Origin: Patescibacteria group bacterium
Lineage (GTDB): Bacteria > Omnitrophota > Gorgyraeia > Gygaellales > Profunditerraquicolaceae
DNA length: 64,000 bases
Assembly (NCBI GenBank): GCA_035506195.1
Contig: DATJPV010000023.1
Span: 1,050 to 65,049, forward strand
Direction: 5' to 3'
Shown one piece after another: positions 1-12,379 of the stretch. Both the position numbers and the translations under genes were made by a program. The notes under the pieces were generated by a model, which saw nothing but the letters and a program-made list of their open reading frames with translations, ran no database searches and had not been told where the DNA came from. Positions within the stretch are counted from its first letter, which is position 1; each line of letters starts with the position of its first letter.

Positions 1-511
1 TGTACGGCAACTGTACGGCCGCCGCGTGAGCCCCTAATTTAGTATGCATCTGGGACAGGGCCTCAAAGAAATTGCTGCCGATCCTGTCCAGCTTATTAAC
101 GAATGCGATCCGGGGGACGCCGTAGCGGTCAGCCTGCCGCCAGACGGTTTCGGATTGCGGCTCGACTCCCCCTACCCCGCAAAAAACGGCCACTGCGCCG
201 TCCAATACCTTAAGGGACCTTTCGACCTCTACGGTAAAATCCACGTGGCCGGGAGTATCGATAATGTTGATGCTGCAATCCCTCCAGCTGCAGGTAGTAC
301 AGGCGGCGGTGATCGTGATCCCCCGCTCCTGCTCCTGGACCATCCAGTCCATAGTTGCCGTTCCCTCGTCGACTTCGCCGATCTTGTATGTCCGTCCGGT
401 ATAATATAACATGCGTTCTGTAGTGGTAGTCTTACCCGCGTCAATGTGGGCAATTATACCTATGTTTCGTATTTTGTCCAGCGCAATTTTACGTTTCACG
501 CTTGCTGCCAT
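1..511 (-). CDS. fusA: elongation factor G, N-terminal portion (gene runs off window start)
   Basis: Minus-strand ATG at 511 translates to [39 protein letters not shown]...[10 protein letters not shown] (G1/G3 GTPase motifs). The frame stays open to position 1. It follows rpsL-rpsG as in the str operon. Absent from the ORF track because no stop lies in the window. Confidence 0.9.
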   Translation of the reverse strand, partial: MAASVKRKIALDKIRNIGIIAHIDAGKTTTTERMLYYTGRTYKIGEVDEGTATMDWMVQEQERGITITAACTTCSWRDCSINIIDTPGHVDFTVEVERSLKVLDGAVAVFCGVGGVEPQSETVWRQADRYGVPRIAFVNKLDRIGSNFFEALSQMHTKLGAHAAAVQLPY

Positions 512-525
512 CGGTTCACCCGTGA

Positions 526-996
526 TTACCATCTAAAGTGTGCGAACGCCTTATTAGCTTCGGCCATTTTATGCGTATCGTCACGTTTCTTTATGGCAGA
601 ACCTTCGCCCCTGTATGCCGCAGCGATCTCTTCCGCAAGCTTCTCTTCCATGGCCTTGCCTTTTTTGGTCCTGGCAAAATCCCTGATCCAGCGCAGGGCG
701 ATGGACGTACCGCGCTCCTGCCTTACTTCAACCGGGACCTGGTAGGTGGCGCCGCCTACGCGGCGAGGCTTGACCTCCAGGCGGGGCCGGGCATTGTCGA
801 TGGCCTTATAGAAGATCTTCAGGGGATCGGACTCATTAAGCTGCTTTTGCAATACTGCAAAAGCGCCATAGACGATCCTCTCGGCAATCGCCTTCTTGCC
901 CTGGTCCATGACCATGTTGATGAACTTTCCTACGACGGGGCTGTTGAATTTAGGGTCAGAGACAACTTTTCTTTCCTGTGCTTTTCTTCTTCTCAT
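526..996 (-). CDS. rpsG: 30S ribosomal protein S7
   Basis: 156 aa ORF with S7 hallmarks (DPKFNSPVV...[17 protein letters not shown]). Lies between rpsL and fusA. Confidence 0.95.
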   Translation of the reverse strand: MRRRKAQERKVVSDPKFNSPVVGKFINMVMDQGKKAIAERIVYGAFAVLQKQLNESDPLKIFYKAIDNARPRLEVKPRRVGGATYQVPVEVRQERGTSIALRWIRDFARTKKGKAMEEKLAEEIAAAYRGEGSAIKKRDDTHKMAEANKAFAHFRW

Positions 997-1012
997 GAGT
1001 AGGTCCTACTCC

Positions 1013-1411
1013 TTATTTGGCTTTCGCAGGTGCCGCGCTTTCTTTGGGGCGCTTGGCGCCGTATTTTGAGCGCGATTTCTTCCTTTGGTTTACGCCTGCA
1101 GCATCGAGAGTGCCGCGCACAATATGATAACGCACGCCGGGCAGGTCCTTCACGCGGCCGCCTCTGACCAATACGATGGAATGCTCCTGCAGGTTATGGC
1201 CTTCGCCGGGAATATAAGCCGTGACTTCAATACCGGTAGTCAGGCGCACCCTGGCAATCTTTCTTAAGGCGGAGTTCGGTTTTTTGGGCGTCATGGTACG
1301 GACTTGCAAACACACCCCTCTTCTCTGGGGGCATGCCTTAAGGGCCGGTGCCTTCGTCTTTTTCTTCTTTGAGATCCTGCCGATCCTGATGAGTTGTGTG
1401 ATAGTTGGCAT
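1013..1411 (-). CDS. rpsL: 30S ribosomal protein S12
   Basis: 132 aa; MPTITQLIR...[10 protein letters not shown]...[19 protein letters not shown], typical S12. Confidence 0.95.
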   Translation of the reverse strand: MPTITQLIRIGRISKKKKTKAPALKACPQRRGVCLQVRTMTPKKPNSALRKIARVRLTTGIEVTAYIPGEGHNLQEHSIVLVRGGRVKDLPGVRYHIVRGTLDAAGVNQRKKSRSKYGAKRPKESAAPAKAK

Positions 1412-1423
1412 AGGTAATAATCC

Positions 1424-4400
1424 TTAGGCTTTTTCCGCCGTCGTCAGCTCCTCTTCCTTGGGTTCATCTTTCTGCGCCTTTGCCTCCCTGACTAATTCGA
1501 TCTCGCGGTGCGTGCGAAAACCGGTCCCCGCCGGGATCAAGTGCCCGACGATAACGTTCTCTTTCAGGCCGAAAAGTTCGTCGCGCTTGCCTGAGGCAGC
1601 GGCATCGGTAAGTACGCGGGTAGTTTCCTGAAAGCTGGCCGCGGAAATGAAGCTTTCCGTGGTCAACGATGCTTTCGTAATACCCAATAACAGCGGCGTG
1701 GCCAACGCGGGTTTACCGCCTTTTTTAATAATCCGCAGGTTCTCCTTCTGAAATCTCCATTTATCTACCTGTTGGGTAGCCAGGAATTCCGTATCGCCCG
1801 CGTCTTCTATTTTTACTTTTTTAAGCATCTGCCTGATGATCAGCTCGATATGTTTGTCGTTGATGCGCACACCCTGCAGGCGGTATACTTCCTGCACCTC
1901 GTTGACCAGGTATTCCTGCAGGACCTTGTCGCCGCAGACCCTCAAGATATCCTGTAAAACTACCGGGCCGTCGGTGAGCTGCTGGCCGGCAACGACCTTA
2001 TCGCCTTTATAGACGTTGGGGTGCTTGCCGTGCGGAATCGCGTACTCTCTCTGCATGCCGGTGGGCGACTTGACGATAATAACGCGCTGCCCTTTCTTGG
2101 ACTCTCCGAATTCCACGAAACCATCGATTTCGCTGATGATCGCCGGGTCCTTGGGCCGACGCGCCTCGAACAACTCCGCCACGCGAGGAAGACCGCCGGT
2201 GATGTCCCTGGTCTTACCCACCAAGCGCGGAGTCTTGGCCAGAAGATCGCCGGCCTCAACCCGCTGCCCGTCCTTGACCAGGATGTGCGCGCCTATGGAA
2301 ATCGGATAAATACCCAGCACTTCTTCCTTATCATCCAGGATGAGTATCTGCGGATGGAATTCCTGTTTATGTTCGACCACTACGCGTTCGGTCAACTTGG
2401 TAACCGGGTTGAGCTCTTCGCGAATGGTTATCTCGTCTTTCAAATCTTCGTATTTCACCCGGCCGCCTACTTCGGTCAGAATGGGCGAGGTGTACGGATC
2501 CCAGCGGATGAACGCAATGCCCTTGGCCACCTCTTCCCCTTCGGGCAAGCTGATGAAGGAACCCTGCGGTACCGGATAACGCTCTAATTCCCTGCCTTGC
2601 TTATCATTGATACTGATGGACCCGTTCCTGTTCAGAACGACGAACTCTTTATTCTTGGCGGTAACGCGCAGGCCGTGGTACTTGATGACGCCTTTGTTCT
2701 TTGCCTTGATAAAGGATTGCGCAACGATTCTGGAAGCGGTACCGCCGATATGGAAGGTCCTCATGGTCAGCTGGGTCCCGGGTTCGCCGATGCTCTGTGC
2801 GGCGATGACACCGACCGATTCTCCTACCTCTACGATCCTTCCGGAACCTAAGTTCCTGCCGTAACATTTGCAACAGACGCCCCGGCCGGATTCACAGGTA
2901 AGGACGCTGCGGATACGTATCTTTTCTATGCCCAGCCTTTCGATCATCTCGGCTTTTTCTTCCGTAATCTCCGACCCCTGCTCGACAATGACGGTATCGG
3001 TAATAATGTCTACGATGTTATCCAGCGCGACCCTTCCGACGATGCGGTCCTTGAGACTGACCACCACTTCGTCGCCTTCGATGATCGCGGCTACGGTGAT
3101 GCCGTTAAGCGTGCCGCAGTCGTCTTCGACCACAATGACTTCCTGAGCTACGTCTACGAGCCTGCGGGTCAGGTAACCCGCATCTGCCGTCTTAAGCGCG
3201 GTATCAGCCAGACCTTTGCGTGCGCCGTGGGTAGAAATAAAATACTCCAACACCGTCAGCCCTTCGCGGAAATTTGCAGTAATGGGGTTTTCGATGATCT
3301 CGCCCGAAGGCTTGGCCATCAGACCGCGCATCCCTGCCAGCTGTCTTACCTGCAGGCGGGAACCTCGCGCGCCGGAGTCAGCCATCAAAAAGATCGGATT
3401 AAAAGGCTCCATCTCCTTGAAGAGAAGATCCGCAACGCGGTCGGTGGTATGCGTCCAGACGTCGATAACTTTATTATATCTTTCCCTGTCGGTAATGATG
3501 CCCCGGCGGTATTGTTCTTCGACCTTGGAGACCTCGGCCTTGGCTTCCTTTAAAACGTCGGCTTTGGCTGCGGGGATCTTCATATCGTCGATAGCAATGG
3601 ACATGCCGCCGTAGGTGGCAAACTGAAAACCTAATTTCTTGATATCATCTAAGAGCTCAATGGTACGGGTGTGGCCGAAGCGCTTATAACAATCCGCGAC
3701 AACCTCCCCGACCGTCTTTTTGTTCATTTCTTTGTTCACGAAACCGAATTCTTCCGGCAAGACCTGATTGAAGATCACCCGGCCGACAGTCGTCGTCACC
3801 ATCTGGCGTTCGTTACTGAGGTTTTTTTCCTCCAGGTCATATACCTTATACAACCGCAGGTTGATCTTTGCGTGCAGCTCGACTTCTTTATCTTCGTAGG
3901 CGATCAAAACCTCATCGGCGCCGCTGAAGGTCTTATTCTCCCCTTTGACGCCTGGTTTGATCTTGGTCAGATAGGAAACTCCGAGGATGATATCCTGCGT
4001 AGGGCTGACGATGGGGCGGCCATCGGCAGGAGAAAAAACGTTATTGCTGGCAAGCATCAGGATTTTTGCCTCCAGCTGAGACTCCAGCGAAAGCGGCACG
4101 TGTACGGCCATCTGATCGCCGTCGAAATCCGCGTTGAAGGCGGTACACACCAACGGATGGATCTTAATAGACTTTCCTTCGATCAGGACCGGCTGGAACG
4201 CCTGGATACCCAAACGGTGCAGGGTCGGAGCGCGGTTAAGCAGGACAGGATGGTCTTTAATGACTTCGTCCAGTATGTCCCAGACCTCGATCTTGCCGCG
4301 TTCCACCATGCGGCGCGCGCCCTTGATCGTATGCACGAAACCTTTTTCCCTTAACTTCTTGATGATGAACGGCTCGAACAGTTCCAGGGCCATCTGCTTA

Positions 4401-5491
4401 GGAAGGCCGCACTCATGCAACTTCAGATCCGGGCCGACCACAATAACGGAGCGCCCGGAATAATCCACGCGCTTACCCAGAAGATTCTGTCTGAAACGGC
4501 CCTGTTTGCCCTTAAGCATATCCGAAAGCGATTTTAGCGGCCGGTTATTCGCGCCCATGACCGCCCTGCCGTGCCTGCCGTTATCAAGCAGCGCATCCAC
4601 CGCTTCCTGGAGCATACGTTTTTCATTGCGGATAATGATCTCGGGGGCATTCAACTCCATCAGTTTCTTAAGGCGGTTATTACGGTTAATGACGCGGCGA
4701 TAGAGGTCATTGAGGTCGGAAGTGGCGAAGCGGCCTCCGTCCAGGGGGACCAGGGGCCTTAAATCCGGAGGTATCACCGGCAGGATCTCCAATACCATCC
4801 ATTCGGGCTTGTTGCCGGAAGCCTTGAAGTCTTCGATGATCTTCAAGGTCTTAAGGGCCTTGCGGTTGCCTAAGGCATCCTTGGATTTCTCCAGGTCGCG
4901 GCGCAATTTACGGCAGACGCTGTCAAACTCCAGCTCCTTGAGCATCTCCTGAACCGCTTCTGCTCCGATCTTTGCCTTGAAGTTTGCCCCGTATTTATTC
5001 AATGCCTCCTGGTATTTCTCTTCGTTTAAGAGCTCTCTCTTCTTGAGCGGCGTGTTGCCGGGGTCAACGACGACATACTCCTCGTAGTAAATCACTTTTT
5101 CCAGGTCCCGCAAGGTCATATCAAGCATCGCCGACAGGCGCGAAGGAACTGCCTTAAAAAACCAGATATGCGTAACCGGCGTTGCCAACTCGATATGGCC
5201 CATACGCTCGCGCCTGACCGAAGAGCGGTCCACGATCACCCCGCAGCGGTCGCAGGTGATGCCTTTGAACTTTATACCTTTATATTTACCGCAATTGCAT
5301 TCCCAGTCGCGCACCGGGCCGAAAATCTTTTCGCAGAACAATCCGTCCTTTTCGGGCTTGAGGGTACGGTAATTGATCGTCTCGGCCTTCTTGACTTCCC
5401 CCTTAGACCAGGATTTAATGATCTGGGAGGAGGCAATCTTGATCGCGATACTATCAAACAGGATTATTTCTTTAATCTCTTTTTCTTCCAT
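1424..5491 (-). CDS. rpoC: DNA-directed RNA polymerase subunit beta'
   Basis: 1355 aa; zinc-finger CNCGKYKG...[18 protein letters not shown] catalytic motif. Lies 12 nt upstream of rpsL. Confidence 0.97.
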   Translation of the reverse strand: MEEKEIKEIILFDSIAIKIASSQIIKSWSKGEVKKAETINYRTLKPEKDGLFCEKIFGPVRDWECNCGKYKGIKFKGITCDRCGVIVDRSSVRRERMGHIELATPVTHIWFFKAVPSRLSAMLDMTLRDLEKVIYYEEYVVVDPGNTPLKKRELLNEEKYQEALNKYGANFKAKIGAEAVQEMLKELEFDSVCRKLRRDLEKSKDALGNRKALKTLKIIEDFKASGNKPEWMVLEILPVIPPDLRPLVPLDGGRFATSDLNDLYRRVINRNNRLKKLMELNAPEIIIRNEKRMLQEAVDALLDNGRHGRAVMGANNRPLKSLSDMLKGKQGRFRQNLLGKRVDYSGRSVIVVGPDLKLHECGLPKQMALELFEPFIIKKLREKGFVHTIKGARRMVERGKIEVWDILDEVIKDHPVLLNRAPTLHRLGIQAFQPVLIEGKSIKIHPLVCTAFNADFDGDQMAVHVPLSLESQLEAKILMLASNNVFSPADGRPIVSPTQDIILGVSYLTKIKPGVKGENKTFSGADEVLIAYEDKEVELHAKINLRLYKVYDLEEKNLSNERQMVTTTVGRVIFNQVLPEEFGFVNKEMNKKTVGEVVADCYKRFGHTRTIELLDDIKKLGFQFATYGGMSIAIDDMKIPAAKADVLKEAKAEVSKVEEQYRRGIITDRERYNKVIDVWTHTTDRVADLLFKEMEPFNPIFLMADSGARGSRLQVRQLAGMRGLMAKPSGEIIENPITANFREGLTVLEYFISTHGARKGLADTALKTADAGYLTRRLVDVAQEVIVVEDDCGTLNGITVAAIIEGDEVVVSLKDRIVGRVALDNIVDIITDTVIVEQGSEITEEKAEMIERLGIEKIRIRSVLTCESGRGVCCKCYGRNLGSGRIVEVGESVGVIAAQSIGEPGTQLTMRTFHIGGTASRIVAQSFIKAKNKGVIKYHGLRVTAKNKEFVVLNRNGSISINDKQGRELERYPVPQGSFISLPEGEEVAKGIAFIRWDPYTSPILTEVGGRVKYEDLKDEITIREELNPVTKLTERVVVEHKQEFHPQILILDDKEEVLGIYPISIGAHILVKDGQRVEAGDLLAKTPRLVGKTRDITGGLPRVAELFEARRPKDPAIISEIDGFVEFGESKKGQRVIIVKSPTGMQREYAIPHGKHPNVYKGDKVVAGQQLTDGPVVLQDILRVCGDKVLQEYLVNEVQEVYRLQGVRINDKHIELIIRQMLKKVKIEDAGDTEFLATQQVDKWRFQKENLRIIKKGGKPALATPLLLGITKASLTTESFISAASFQETTRVLTDAAASGKRDELFGLKENVIVGHLIPAGTGFRTHREIELVREAKAQKDEPKEEELTTAEKA

Positions 5492-5492
5492 A

Positions 5493-8400
5493 TTATTTAG
5501 TCTTCTCCGTCCGGATATCCAGACCCAAACCCTGCAATTCTTTCACCAGAACGTTGAACGATTCGGGTGTACCGTGAGTGAGCCGCTGTTCGCCTTTCAC
5601 AATCGCTTCATAGATGCGGGTTCTTCCAGAGACATCATCGCTTTTGACGGTAAGCATTTCCTGCAGCGTAAACGCAGCGCCATAAGCCTCCAACGCCCAA
5701 ACTTCCATTTCCCCCAGCCTCTGGCCGCCGAATTGGGCCTTGCCGCCGAGGGGCTGCTGGGTAACCAGGGAATAGGGGCCGATAGAACGGGCGTGGATCT
5801 TCTCGTCGACCAAATGCACCAGTTTCATGATATAAATATAGCCGACGGTAATCTGCTGGTCGAACTGTTCGCCGTTATAGCCGTCGTGCAGCGTCACTTT
5901 TCCGTTTTCCGGCAGGCCTGCCTTCTTGAGCATTTCCTTGATCTCTTCTTCGGTGGCGCCGTCAAATACGGGGGTGTCCACTGCAAGGTTAAGCATTTTA
6001 GCCGCCCAGCCAAGATGGGTCTCCAGGATCTGGCCGACATTCATACGCGAAGGAACGCCCAGGGGGTTCAAGACGACATCGATAGGAGTGCCGTCTGCCA
6101 GGTACGGCATATCTTCTTCGGGCAGGATCCTGGCCACCACGCCCTTGTTCCCGTGCCTTCCGGCCAATTTGTCGCCTTCGGCAAGCTTGCGCTTGGTGGC
6201 GATATACACTACCACTCTCTTGAGAACACCGGGAGGCAGCTCATCGCCGCGCCTGACCTTTTCGATCTCCTGCTGCTGTTCTGCCAACAACTCCTGGACC
6301 TGCTCGTCAAAAGAAGAGGCCAACATCTTTGCCTCTTCGTTATCGCTGAAATCTATCTTTTCCACCTTGCCCTTATCCACGCCCAGAAGCTGGCTTAAGC
6401 GGGTGATCTTTTCCGTCTGCACGAACTCTATTTCCTGTTTATAGTAGGCCTTAAGCTCACGGATCTTGGCCAATTCCTTGGTCTTTTCTTCCTTGGTCTT
6501 TCTGCCGCGGTCCTTGCGGGCGAATACGTGCACATCGACGACAAAGCCTTCCACGCCCGGCGGAACGGTCAAGGAAGTATCCCGCACATCGGAAGCCTTT
6601 TCGCCGAATATTGCCCTCAGGAGCCTCTCCTCCGGGGAAAGTTCGGATTCAGTCTTCGGGGTTACTTTGCCGACCAGGATATCGCCCGGCCCGACCTCTG
6701 CGCCGATACGGATAATGCCTGTCTCATCGAGGTTGCGCAGGGCATCTTCGCTTACGTTGGGGATATCGCGGGTCACTTCTTCGTTGCCCAGGCGCGTTTC
6801 GGTCGCCTCGATCTCGAATTCCTCTACGTGGATCGAAGTGAGCATATCTTCCCTGACGACCCGCTCGCTTACCAGGATGGCGTCTTCAAAGTTGCATCCG
6901 CGCCACGGCATGAATGCGCACAACAAGTTCCTTCCCAGGGCGAGTTCCCCGCCCCTGGTACATACGCCGTCAGCGATCACCTCGCCCTTGTCCACGTGGT
7001 CGCCCACCTTGACCAGCGGTTTCTGGTTCAGGCAGGTATCGGCGTTGGTGCGCAAAAATTTCTTGAGATGGTAGATCGACTTACCGATCACGATCGAAGA
7101 GGCATCTACGCTGGTCACCTTTCCGGAGTCCGTGGCTACGACAACGGTGCCGGAATCACGGGCGACCTTGGCTTCCATGGCGGTGCCTACCAAGGGGGAT
7201 TCACACACCATCAAAGGAACTGCCTGCCGTTGCATGTTTGAACCCATGAGCGCGCGGTTGGCATCGTCATGCTCTAAGAAGGGGATCAGCGAGGCAGCCA
7301 CTGAAACCAGCTGTTTAGGAGAAACGTCCATGTATTCGACCTGTTTGGCGGAAACCTTGACGTAATCGCTCTTGTGACGGCAGGCCACTTCCTTCTCGAC
7401 AAAATAGCCCTCGCTATCCAGAGGGACATTTGCCTGCGCGATCACTTTGTCTTCTTCGATGTCGGCGGTCAAATATTCGATCTTACGGGTCACGCGGCCT
7501 TCCTCGACTTTTCTGTAGGGGGTCTCGAGCAGCCCCAGGGAATTAACCTGGGCATAGGTGCTCAAAGACGCGATCAAGCCGATGTTCGGGCCTTCGGGCG
7601 TTTCTATGGGGCATATCCTGCCGTAATGGGACGTATGGATGTCCCTGACCTCAAAGCCGGCACGCTCGCGCGAAAGGCCTCCGGGACCCAGGGCGCTGAG
7701 CCTGCGCTTGTGGGTCATCTCGGCCAAGGGATTAACCTGGTCCATGAACTGCGAAAGCTGGCTGCGGGAGAAGAAATCCCTGATCTGGTTGGAAAGCAGT
7801 TTTGAATTGATCAAATAATGCACGCTTAAGTTGCTGAAGTCCCCCAGTATGCTTAAACGCTCCCGTATGGAGCGCTCCACCCTGGACAGGCCGATGCGGA
7901 TCTGGTTCTGTACCAATTCTCCGACGGTCTTGACGCGGCGGTTACCCAGGTGGTCGATATCGTCGATCTTGCCGACGCCTTCGTGCAGCTTGATCAAATA
8001 TTCCATGACCTTAATGACGGTGGATGAATCCAGGATCCTTTTTTCAACCGACACATCCATGTCTAATTTTCTGTTCAGGATAAAGCGCCCCACCCTTTCC
8101 AGGTCATAACGGGCGGGGTCAAAAAATAATCTATAGAATAAAGCCTCGGCTGCCTCTTTGGTAACCGGCTCTGTCGGCCGCATCTTGCGGTAAAAATCAA
8201 GATAGGCCTCTTCCTTGTTCTTGGTATAGTCTTTTTTAAGGGTATTGTGGATTTCTTTGTATTCCGAACTAAAGGCGGAAAGGATCTCCTGGTCGGTTGA
8301 GAAACCCAGGATCCTCAAGAGCTGGGTGGCGGGAAAGTTCCGGCGCCTGTCCACATAGGCGATGATGGTCTCGGACAAGTCGTATTTGAATTCAAGCCAG

Positions 8401-8897
8401 GCGCCCCGGTACGGGATGATGCGGCCGTGGAAAATCTTTTTGCCTGTGGGGTGGCTCTCCTCTTCGAAGGAAACGCCCGGAGAACGCTGCAGCTGGCACA
8501 CGACCACGCGTTCATCGCCGTTGATAATGAATGTGCCGGTATCGGTCATCAGCGGGATCTCGCCGAAATAGGCGTCCTGCTCTCTGGTCTCGTGGGGCGT
8601 GGTAAGCCTGAATTTTACTTTAAGGGCGGAGGCATAGGTAAGCGCGCGGCGTTTGCACTCCGCAAGGTCATATTTTGATTTACCGAGCGTATAGCTGATG
8701 AACTCCAACTTTACCGAACGGTTGGAGTCTTCGATCGGGAAGACCTCTTCAAAGACCTCCTGCAAACCGATAGACTTACGCTCCTGGGACGGGACGTCTA
8801 CCTGCAAGAACTCACGGTAAGACTCAAGTTGCAGATCCAGGAGATTCGGCAAATCGTAGATTTCTTTTAGCTTGGCAAAATTTTTACGCTTATTCAT
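5493..8897 (-). CDS. rpoB: DNA-directed RNA polymerase subunit beta
   Basis: 1134 aa; conserved rpoB blocks ([39 protein letters not shown]). Stops 1 nt before the rpoC start. Confidence 0.97.
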   Translation of the reverse strand: MNKRKNFAKLKEIYDLPNLLDLQLESYREFLQVDVPSQERKSIGLQEVFEEVFPIEDSNRSVKLEFISYTLGKSKYDLAECKRRALTYASALKVKFRLTTPHETREQDAYFGEIPLMTDTGTFIINGDERVVVCQLQRSPGVSFEEESHPTGKKIFHGRIIPYRGAWLEFKYDLSETIIAYVDRRRNFPATQLLRILGFSTDQEILSAFSSEYKEIHNTLKKDYTKNKEEAYLDFYRKMRPTEPVTKEAAEALFYRLFFDPARYDLERVGRFILNRKLDMDVSVEKRILDSSTVIKVMEYLIKLHEGVGKIDDIDHLGNRRVKTVGELVQNQIRIGLSRVERSIRERLSILGDFSNLSVHYLINSKLLSNQIRDFFSRSQLSQFMDQVNPLAEMTHKRRLSALGPGGLSRERAGFEVRDIHTSHYGRICPIETPEGPNIGLIASLSTYAQVNSLGLLETPYRKVEEGRVTRKIEYLTADIEEDKVIAQANVPLDSEGYFVEKEVACRHKSDYVKVSAKQVEYMDVSPKQLVSVAASLIPFLEHDDANRALMGSNMQRQAVPLMVCESPLVGTAMEAKVARDSGTVVVATDSGKVTSVDASSIVIGKSIYHLKKFLRTNADTCLNQKPLVKVGDHVDKGEVIADGVCTRGGELALGRNLLCAFMPWRGCNFEDAILVSERVVREDMLTSIHVEEFEIEATETRLGNEEVTRDIPNVSEDALRNLDETGIIRIGAEVGPGDILVGKVTPKTESELSPEERLLRAIFGEKASDVRDTSLTVPPGVEGFVVDVHVFARKDRGRKTKEEKTKELAKIRELKAYYKQEIEFVQTEKITRLSQLLGVDKGKVEKIDFSDNEEAKMLASSFDEQVQELLAEQQQEIEKVRRGDELPPGVLKRVVVYIATKRKLAEGDKLAGRHGNKGVVARILPEEDMPYLADGTPIDVVLNPLGVPSRMNVGQILETHLGWAAKMLNLAVDTPVFDGATEEEIKEMLKKAGLPENGKVTLHDGYNGEQFDQQITVGYIYIMKLVHLVDEKIHARSIGPYSLVTQQPLGGKAQFGGQRLGEMEVWALEAYGAAFTLQEMLTVKSDDVSGRTRIYEAIVKGEQRLTHGTPESFNVLVKELQGLGLDIRTEKTK

Positions 8898-8942
8898 GTA
8901 AGGTCGACCTTTTGTAGAACCCGCAAGGTTTTTTCGATACGC

Positions 8943-9338
8943 TTACTTTAACTCAACGGTGGCCCCGGCAGCTTCGAGCTTCTTCTTCATGTCTTCGGCT
9001 TCCTCTTTCGGAACGCCGTCTTTAATCGGTTTGGGGGCACCATCTACCAGGTCTTTGGCTTCCTTCAAGCCGAGGCTGGTCATCGTGCGGACTTCCTTGA
9101 TGACGGCGATCTTGTTGGCGCCGGCGCTCGTCAGGACCACGGTAAAAGCGGTCTTCTCTTCCGCGGCCGGTGCGGCGGCTCCTGCGGCGGCTCCTGCGGT
9201 CGCAGGCCCGGCAGCCATCATCGCAACGCTTGCCTTCACGTCGAATTTCTCCTCCAGGGCCTTAACCAAATCCGAAAGCTCAAGGACGGTCATGCCCTCG
9301 ATCGACTTGATTAATTCTTCTAATTTTTCACTTGCCAT
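8943..9338 (-). CDS. rplL: 50S ribosomal protein L7/L12
   Basis: 131 aa; alanine-rich hinge and C-terminal domain [23 protein letters not shown]. Confidence 0.95.
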   Translation of the reverse strand: MASEKLEELIKSIEGMTVLELSDLVKALEEKFDVKASVAMMAAGPATAGAAAGAAAPAAEEKTAFTVVLTSAGANKIAVIKEVRTMTSLGLKEAKDLVDGAPKPIKDGVPKEEAEDMKKKLEAAGATVELK

Positions 9339-9349
9339 AGCTCCTCCTT

Positions 9350-9877
9350 TTAACTACCTTTTTTTTGTTTGATTTGGTCAAGACAGATAACCAGTTTTTG
9401 CAATGTATTATGCAACACCATCACGAAGCCGGTGATCGGTGATTTTATCGCAATGACCGCCCGCGTCCTGAGCGTTTCTTTTGACGGCAGCTTTGAAATC
9501 GCCTCGATATCCTTGGTTTCCAGGAATTTATCCTGAAGCAGGCCGCCGGCCAGTTTAAGCTTATCGTGGTCTTTGGAAAAATTGAATAGCACACGCGAGG
9601 CCTCTACCGGCTCTTCCGGGATAAACACCAGGCCGCAGGGGCCTTCGATCGCCTTTACTATCGCCTCCACGCCGGTATCCTTCAGGGCGCGCCTGGCAAC
9701 GGAATTTTTGACCACAAAGACGTCGGCATGCGAGGCCTTCAACGACTGACGCAGGGCCGTGATATCGGGACTGGAAAGACCGGAATACTTAAGAATGAAA
9801 ACGGTGCCTGATTTCTTCAGGTACGCCTTAATGCGGTTTTCGGATATTTCTTTCACTAACAAACCGATCTTTTTCAT
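9350..9877 (-). CDS. rplJ: 50S ribosomal protein L10
   Basis: 175 aa. Position between rplA and rplL and an L10-like sequence. 4-nt overlap with rplA. Confidence 0.9.
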   Translation of the reverse strand: MKKIGLLVKEISENRIKAYLKKSGTVFILKYSGLSSPDITALRQSLKASHADVFVVKNSVARRALKDTGVEAIVKAIEGPCGLVFIPEEPVEASRVLFNFSKDHDKLKLAGGLLQDKFLETKDIEAISKLPSKETLRTRAVIAIKSPITGFVMVLHNTLQKLVICLDQIKQKKGS

Positions 9878-10554
9878 ATCACAAGCCTCAAGCCGGGATT
9901 CATAGTAGCCGAAATGAACATGCTCTTTACAAACTTGCCCTTGACGGAGGACGGTTTTGCTTCGGTCAGTGCCTCGATGACGCGGGAGGCGTTATCGTAC
10001 AGTTTGTCATCGTCAAAGGAGACCTTTCCCACCGACAGATGCACTCCGCCTTGTTTATCTACGCGGAACTCAACCTTTCCCTTCTTTACGTCTTGGATAG
10101 CCTTGGCGATATCATTGGTGACGGTGCCTGTTTTCGGGCTGGGCATCAACCCCCGGGGCCCCAGGACCTTGCCCAGGCGGCTTAGGTCTTTCATCATGTC
10201 GGGAGTGGCGATCGCACAATCAAAATCAAGGAACCCGCCGGCTACTTTCTCGATCAATTCGGTGCCGCCGACGTAATCCGCCTGCGCTTCCTGTGCGGCC
10301 CGTTCGTGCTCGCCTTTGCAGAACACCGCAACCCTGATCTTCTTGCCGGTACCGTGGGGAAGGACAACCGTGCCGCGGACCATCTGATCCGACTTCTTGG
10401 GGTCCACGTTAAGATTGAAATGGAGGTCTACCGCGCTGTCAAATTTGACGACGGGGATTTTTTTGAGCGCAGCGATCGCCTCCTTCAGTTCGTAGGTCTT
10501 ATCCCTGTCTACCTGTTTTTCGGCTTCTTTATACCGCTTGCTGCGCTGTCTCAT
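9874..10554 (-). CDS. rplA: 50S ribosomal protein L1
   Basis: 226 aa; L1 blocks ([29 protein letters not shown]). Confidence 0.95.
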   Translation of the reverse strand: MRQRSKRYKEAEKQVDRDKTYELKEAIAALKKIPVVKFDSAVDLHFNLNVDPKKSDQMVRGTVVLPHGTGKKIRVAVFCKGEHERAAQEAQADYVGGTELIEKVAGGFLDFDCAIATPDMMKDLSRLGKVLGPRGLMPSPKTGTVTNDIAKAIQDVKKGKVEFRVDKQGGVHLSVGKVSFDDDKLYDNASRVIEALTEAKPSSVKGKFVKSMFISATMNPGLRLVI

Positions 10555-10558
10555 CGCA

Positions 10559-10984
10559 TTAACCCTCTACGGAAATGCCCATGCTGCGGGCGGTACCGGT
10601 AATAATCTTTAACGCCTGCTCCATATCGGAGGTATTCAAGTCTTTCATCTTCAGCTTGGCGATCTCTTCTGCTTGCTGGCGGGTTACCGTACCGATCTTC
10701 TCTTTGCCGGCAATACCGGAAGCCTTCGCCAGATTAGCCGCCCTCTTCAGGAGCACCGATGAAGGAGGGCTCTTGATGATGAACGTAAAAGTCCGGTCCT
10801 CAAAAACGCTGATGACTACCGGCAGGATGAGGCCATCCCTGCCCTTGGTTTGGTCGTTGAACTGTTTGCAGAACTGCATGATATTTACGCCGTGCTGGCC
10901 GAGGGCCGGGCCTACGGGAGGAGCGGGGTTTGCCTGTCCGGCGGGCACGTGTAATCTGATTTGCGCGGTTACTTTCTTAGCCAT
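10559..10984 (-). CDS. rplK: 50S ribosomal protein L11
   Basis: 141 aa; [30 protein letters not shown], typical L11. Confidence 0.95.
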   Translation of the reverse strand: MAKKVTAQIRLHVPAGQANPAPPVGPALGQHGVNIMQFCKQFNDQTKGRDGLILPVVISVFEDRTFTFIIKSPPSSVLLKRAANLAKASGIAGKEKIGTVTRQQAEEIAKLKMKDLNTSDMEQALKIITGTARSMGISVEG

Positions 10985-10986
10985 CG

Positions 10987-11514
10987 TTATACCTTCTCTA
11001 CCTGCCAGTATTCCAGCTCTACGGGCGTAGACCTGCCGAAGATGGAAACACTGACCTTTATTTTTCCTTTTTCCGGGTGCACCTCATCGATAGTCCCGTT
11101 AAAGTTCACGAACGGGCCGTCGATCACCCTTACCTGCTCGCCCTTATCGAAGATGATCTTCGGGCTGGGCTTGACGTTGGTCTCCTGGGATTTCTTGAGG
11201 ATACTGTCGATCTCGGTTTGCGGCAGCGGCATGGGCTTCTTTCCCAAGCCGATAAAGCCGGTCACCCCGGGCGTGGTCTTTACTAAAAGGTAGCTTTGTT
11301 CATTAAGTTCCATCTCCACCAGCAGATACCCGGGGAAAAATTTTCTTTCCGATATGCGCTTTTTGCCGGAACGAATCTCTGAGATTTGTTCGGTGGGGAT
11401 CACTACCTTATTGACAAATTCCTGGGCACTTTGTGCGGCAATCCTGTTTTCCAGCAATGCCTTTACTTTATCCTCTGCGCCAGTCTGTGTATGAACGACG
11501 TACCAGCTTTTCAT
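10987..11514 (-). CDS. nusG: transcription termination/antitermination factor NusG
   Basis: 175 aa; NGN domain ([14 protein letters not shown]) and KOW motif ([21 protein letters not shown]). Lies between secE and rplK. Confidence 0.93.
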   Translation of the reverse strand: MKSWYVVHTQTGAEDKVKALLENRIAAQSAQEFVNKVVIPTEQISEIRSGKKRISERKFFPGYLLVEMELNEQSYLLVKTTPGVTGFIGLGKKPMPLPQTEIDSILKKSQETNVKPSPKIIFDKGEQVRVIDGPFVNFNGTIDEVHPEKGKIKVSVSIFGRSTPVELEYWQVEKV

Positions 11515-11702
11515 CTAAACAAGACACTCAATCCTTTGGAGAGCACAAGGTCGATAACGCCAATGAAGATCGCCATAATAAAGGTAAACGCGATGACGAC
11601 GCCCGTAGAGCCAACCAACTCCTCCCTGGTCGACCAGGCTACCTTCCCCAGCTCTTGCTTGACTTCTTTTATGAACGTGATCGGCTTTTGCAGCATGCTC
11701 AT
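11511..11702 (-). CDS. secE: preprotein translocase subunit SecE
   Basis: 63 aa single-TM protein upstream of nusG (KVAWSTREELVGSTGVVIAFTFIMAIFIGVIDL). Confidence 0.85.
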   Translation of the reverse strand: MSMLQKPITFIKEVKQELGKVAWSTREELVGSTGVVIAFTFIMAIFIGVIDLVLSKGLSVLFR

Positions 11703-11736
11703 TTCTATACGATGATTCCTTCTGCTTTCGTTACTA

Positions 11737-11807
11737 CAGGAGCGGCAGGAGTCGAACCTGCAGTAACGGTTTTGGAGACCGTTGGTTTGCCATTAACCGA
11801 CGCTCCT
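11737..11807 (-). tRNA. trnW: tRNA-Trp (anticodon CCA)
   Basis: Reverse complement AGGAGCGTCGGTTAATGGCAAACCAACGGTCTCCAAAACCGTTACTGCAGGTTCGACTCCTGCCGCTCCTG folds as a cloverleaf with anticodon loop CT-CCA-AA and T-loop GGTTCGACTCC. Canonical position upstream of secE. CCA is not encoded. Confidence 0.9.
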
Positions 11808-11855
11808 ATGAACTATGTATCCGAACCACTGCAATCAAACAGCACAAAGGAAAAA

Positions 11856-12005
11856 CTACTTTATTTCTTTGTGGGGCGTGTGTTTCCGGTCAAACCTGCA
11901 AAACTTGCTGATTTCAAATTTATCCTGATGTTTCTTTTTATTCTTGGTTGTCGTATAATTCCGGTTCTTACAGGTCGTGCATTCTAAGGTGATGATTTCG
12001 CGCAT
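11856..12005 (-). CDS. rpmG: 50S ribosomal protein L33 (C4 zinc-ribbon type)
   Basis: A 49-aa ORF missed by the >=60 aa track. Translation is [49 protein letters not shown], which matches the L33 CxxC...CxxxR pattern. AGGA lies 9 nt upstream. Classic rpmG-tRNA-Trp-secE-nusG arrangement. Confidence 0.82.
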   Translation of the reverse strand: MREIITLECTTCKNRNYTTTKNKKKHQDKFEISKFCRFDRKHTPHKEIK

Positions 12006-12114
12006 GTTTTTATCCTAGTTATCCCTGCGCTTAATCGCTTGAAGATTGCTACGCAATCTTCTGCACAAGCGCGTTATGAATTCTCATCTACTTAAGAACT
12101 ATAAGAGAATTCTA

Positions 12115-12187
12115 AGCTGGAGACGGGAATTGAACCCGTGACCCCGTCCTTACCAAGGACGTGCTCTACCAACTGAGCTACTCCAGC
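12115..12187 (-). tRNA. trnT: tRNA-Thr (anticodon GGT)
   Basis: Reverse complement GCTGGAGTAGCTCAGTTGGTAGAGCACGTCCTTGGTAAGGACGGGGTCACGGGTTCAATTCCCGTCTCCAGCT. Anticodon loop TT-GGT-AA, 7-bp acceptor stem, no encoded CCA. Confidence 0.9.
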
Positions 12188-12331
12188 ATGCTGTCACAGG
12201 TTCGTTCTTCATCCTTAGTTTCTTGAGCGAACAAAAGTACTCCTGATGAAGAATTTAGGTAAAATTCTCTTTTTGTCTTCTACCTAGTTAAATAGGGAGA
12301 AATCTGAATTTGGGGATTATGTAAAAAGGTA

Positions 12332-12360
12332 AGTATATACGAAGAAGAAGAAATTGTCAA
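12332..12360 (-). promoter_or_regulatory. sigma70-type promoter (TTGACA-17-TATACT) upstream of tRNA-Thr
   Basis: Minus strand reads AAAAAAAAGG-TTGACA-ATTTCTTCTTCTTCGTA-TATACT. An A-tract lies upstream (UP-like). The predicted transcript start is about 135 nt before the tRNA 5' end. Confidence 0.5.
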
Positions 12361-12379
12361 CCTTTTTTTTAAATATTTT

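Noticed and set aside
5373-6398. 341-aa plus-strand ORF, with many similar long plus-strand ORFs across the window (e.g. 2021..2587, 3671..4354, 27799..29061, 32616..33674, 24899..25609, 62776..63423)
   Set aside because: Each lies entirely antisense to a strongly conserved minus-strand gene (rpoB, rpoC, alaS/recX, mtaB/rsmE, hisD, STT3-like). Their translations are low-complexity or Arg/Ala/Gly-rich with no recognisable motifs. They are the typical shadow ORFs of GC-rich DNA.
12188-12330. 20-codon ORF (ATG AAG AAC GAA ...) in the tRNA-Thr leader running into the tRNA
   Set aside because: It overlaps the tRNA structure and has no SD. Almost certainly chance.
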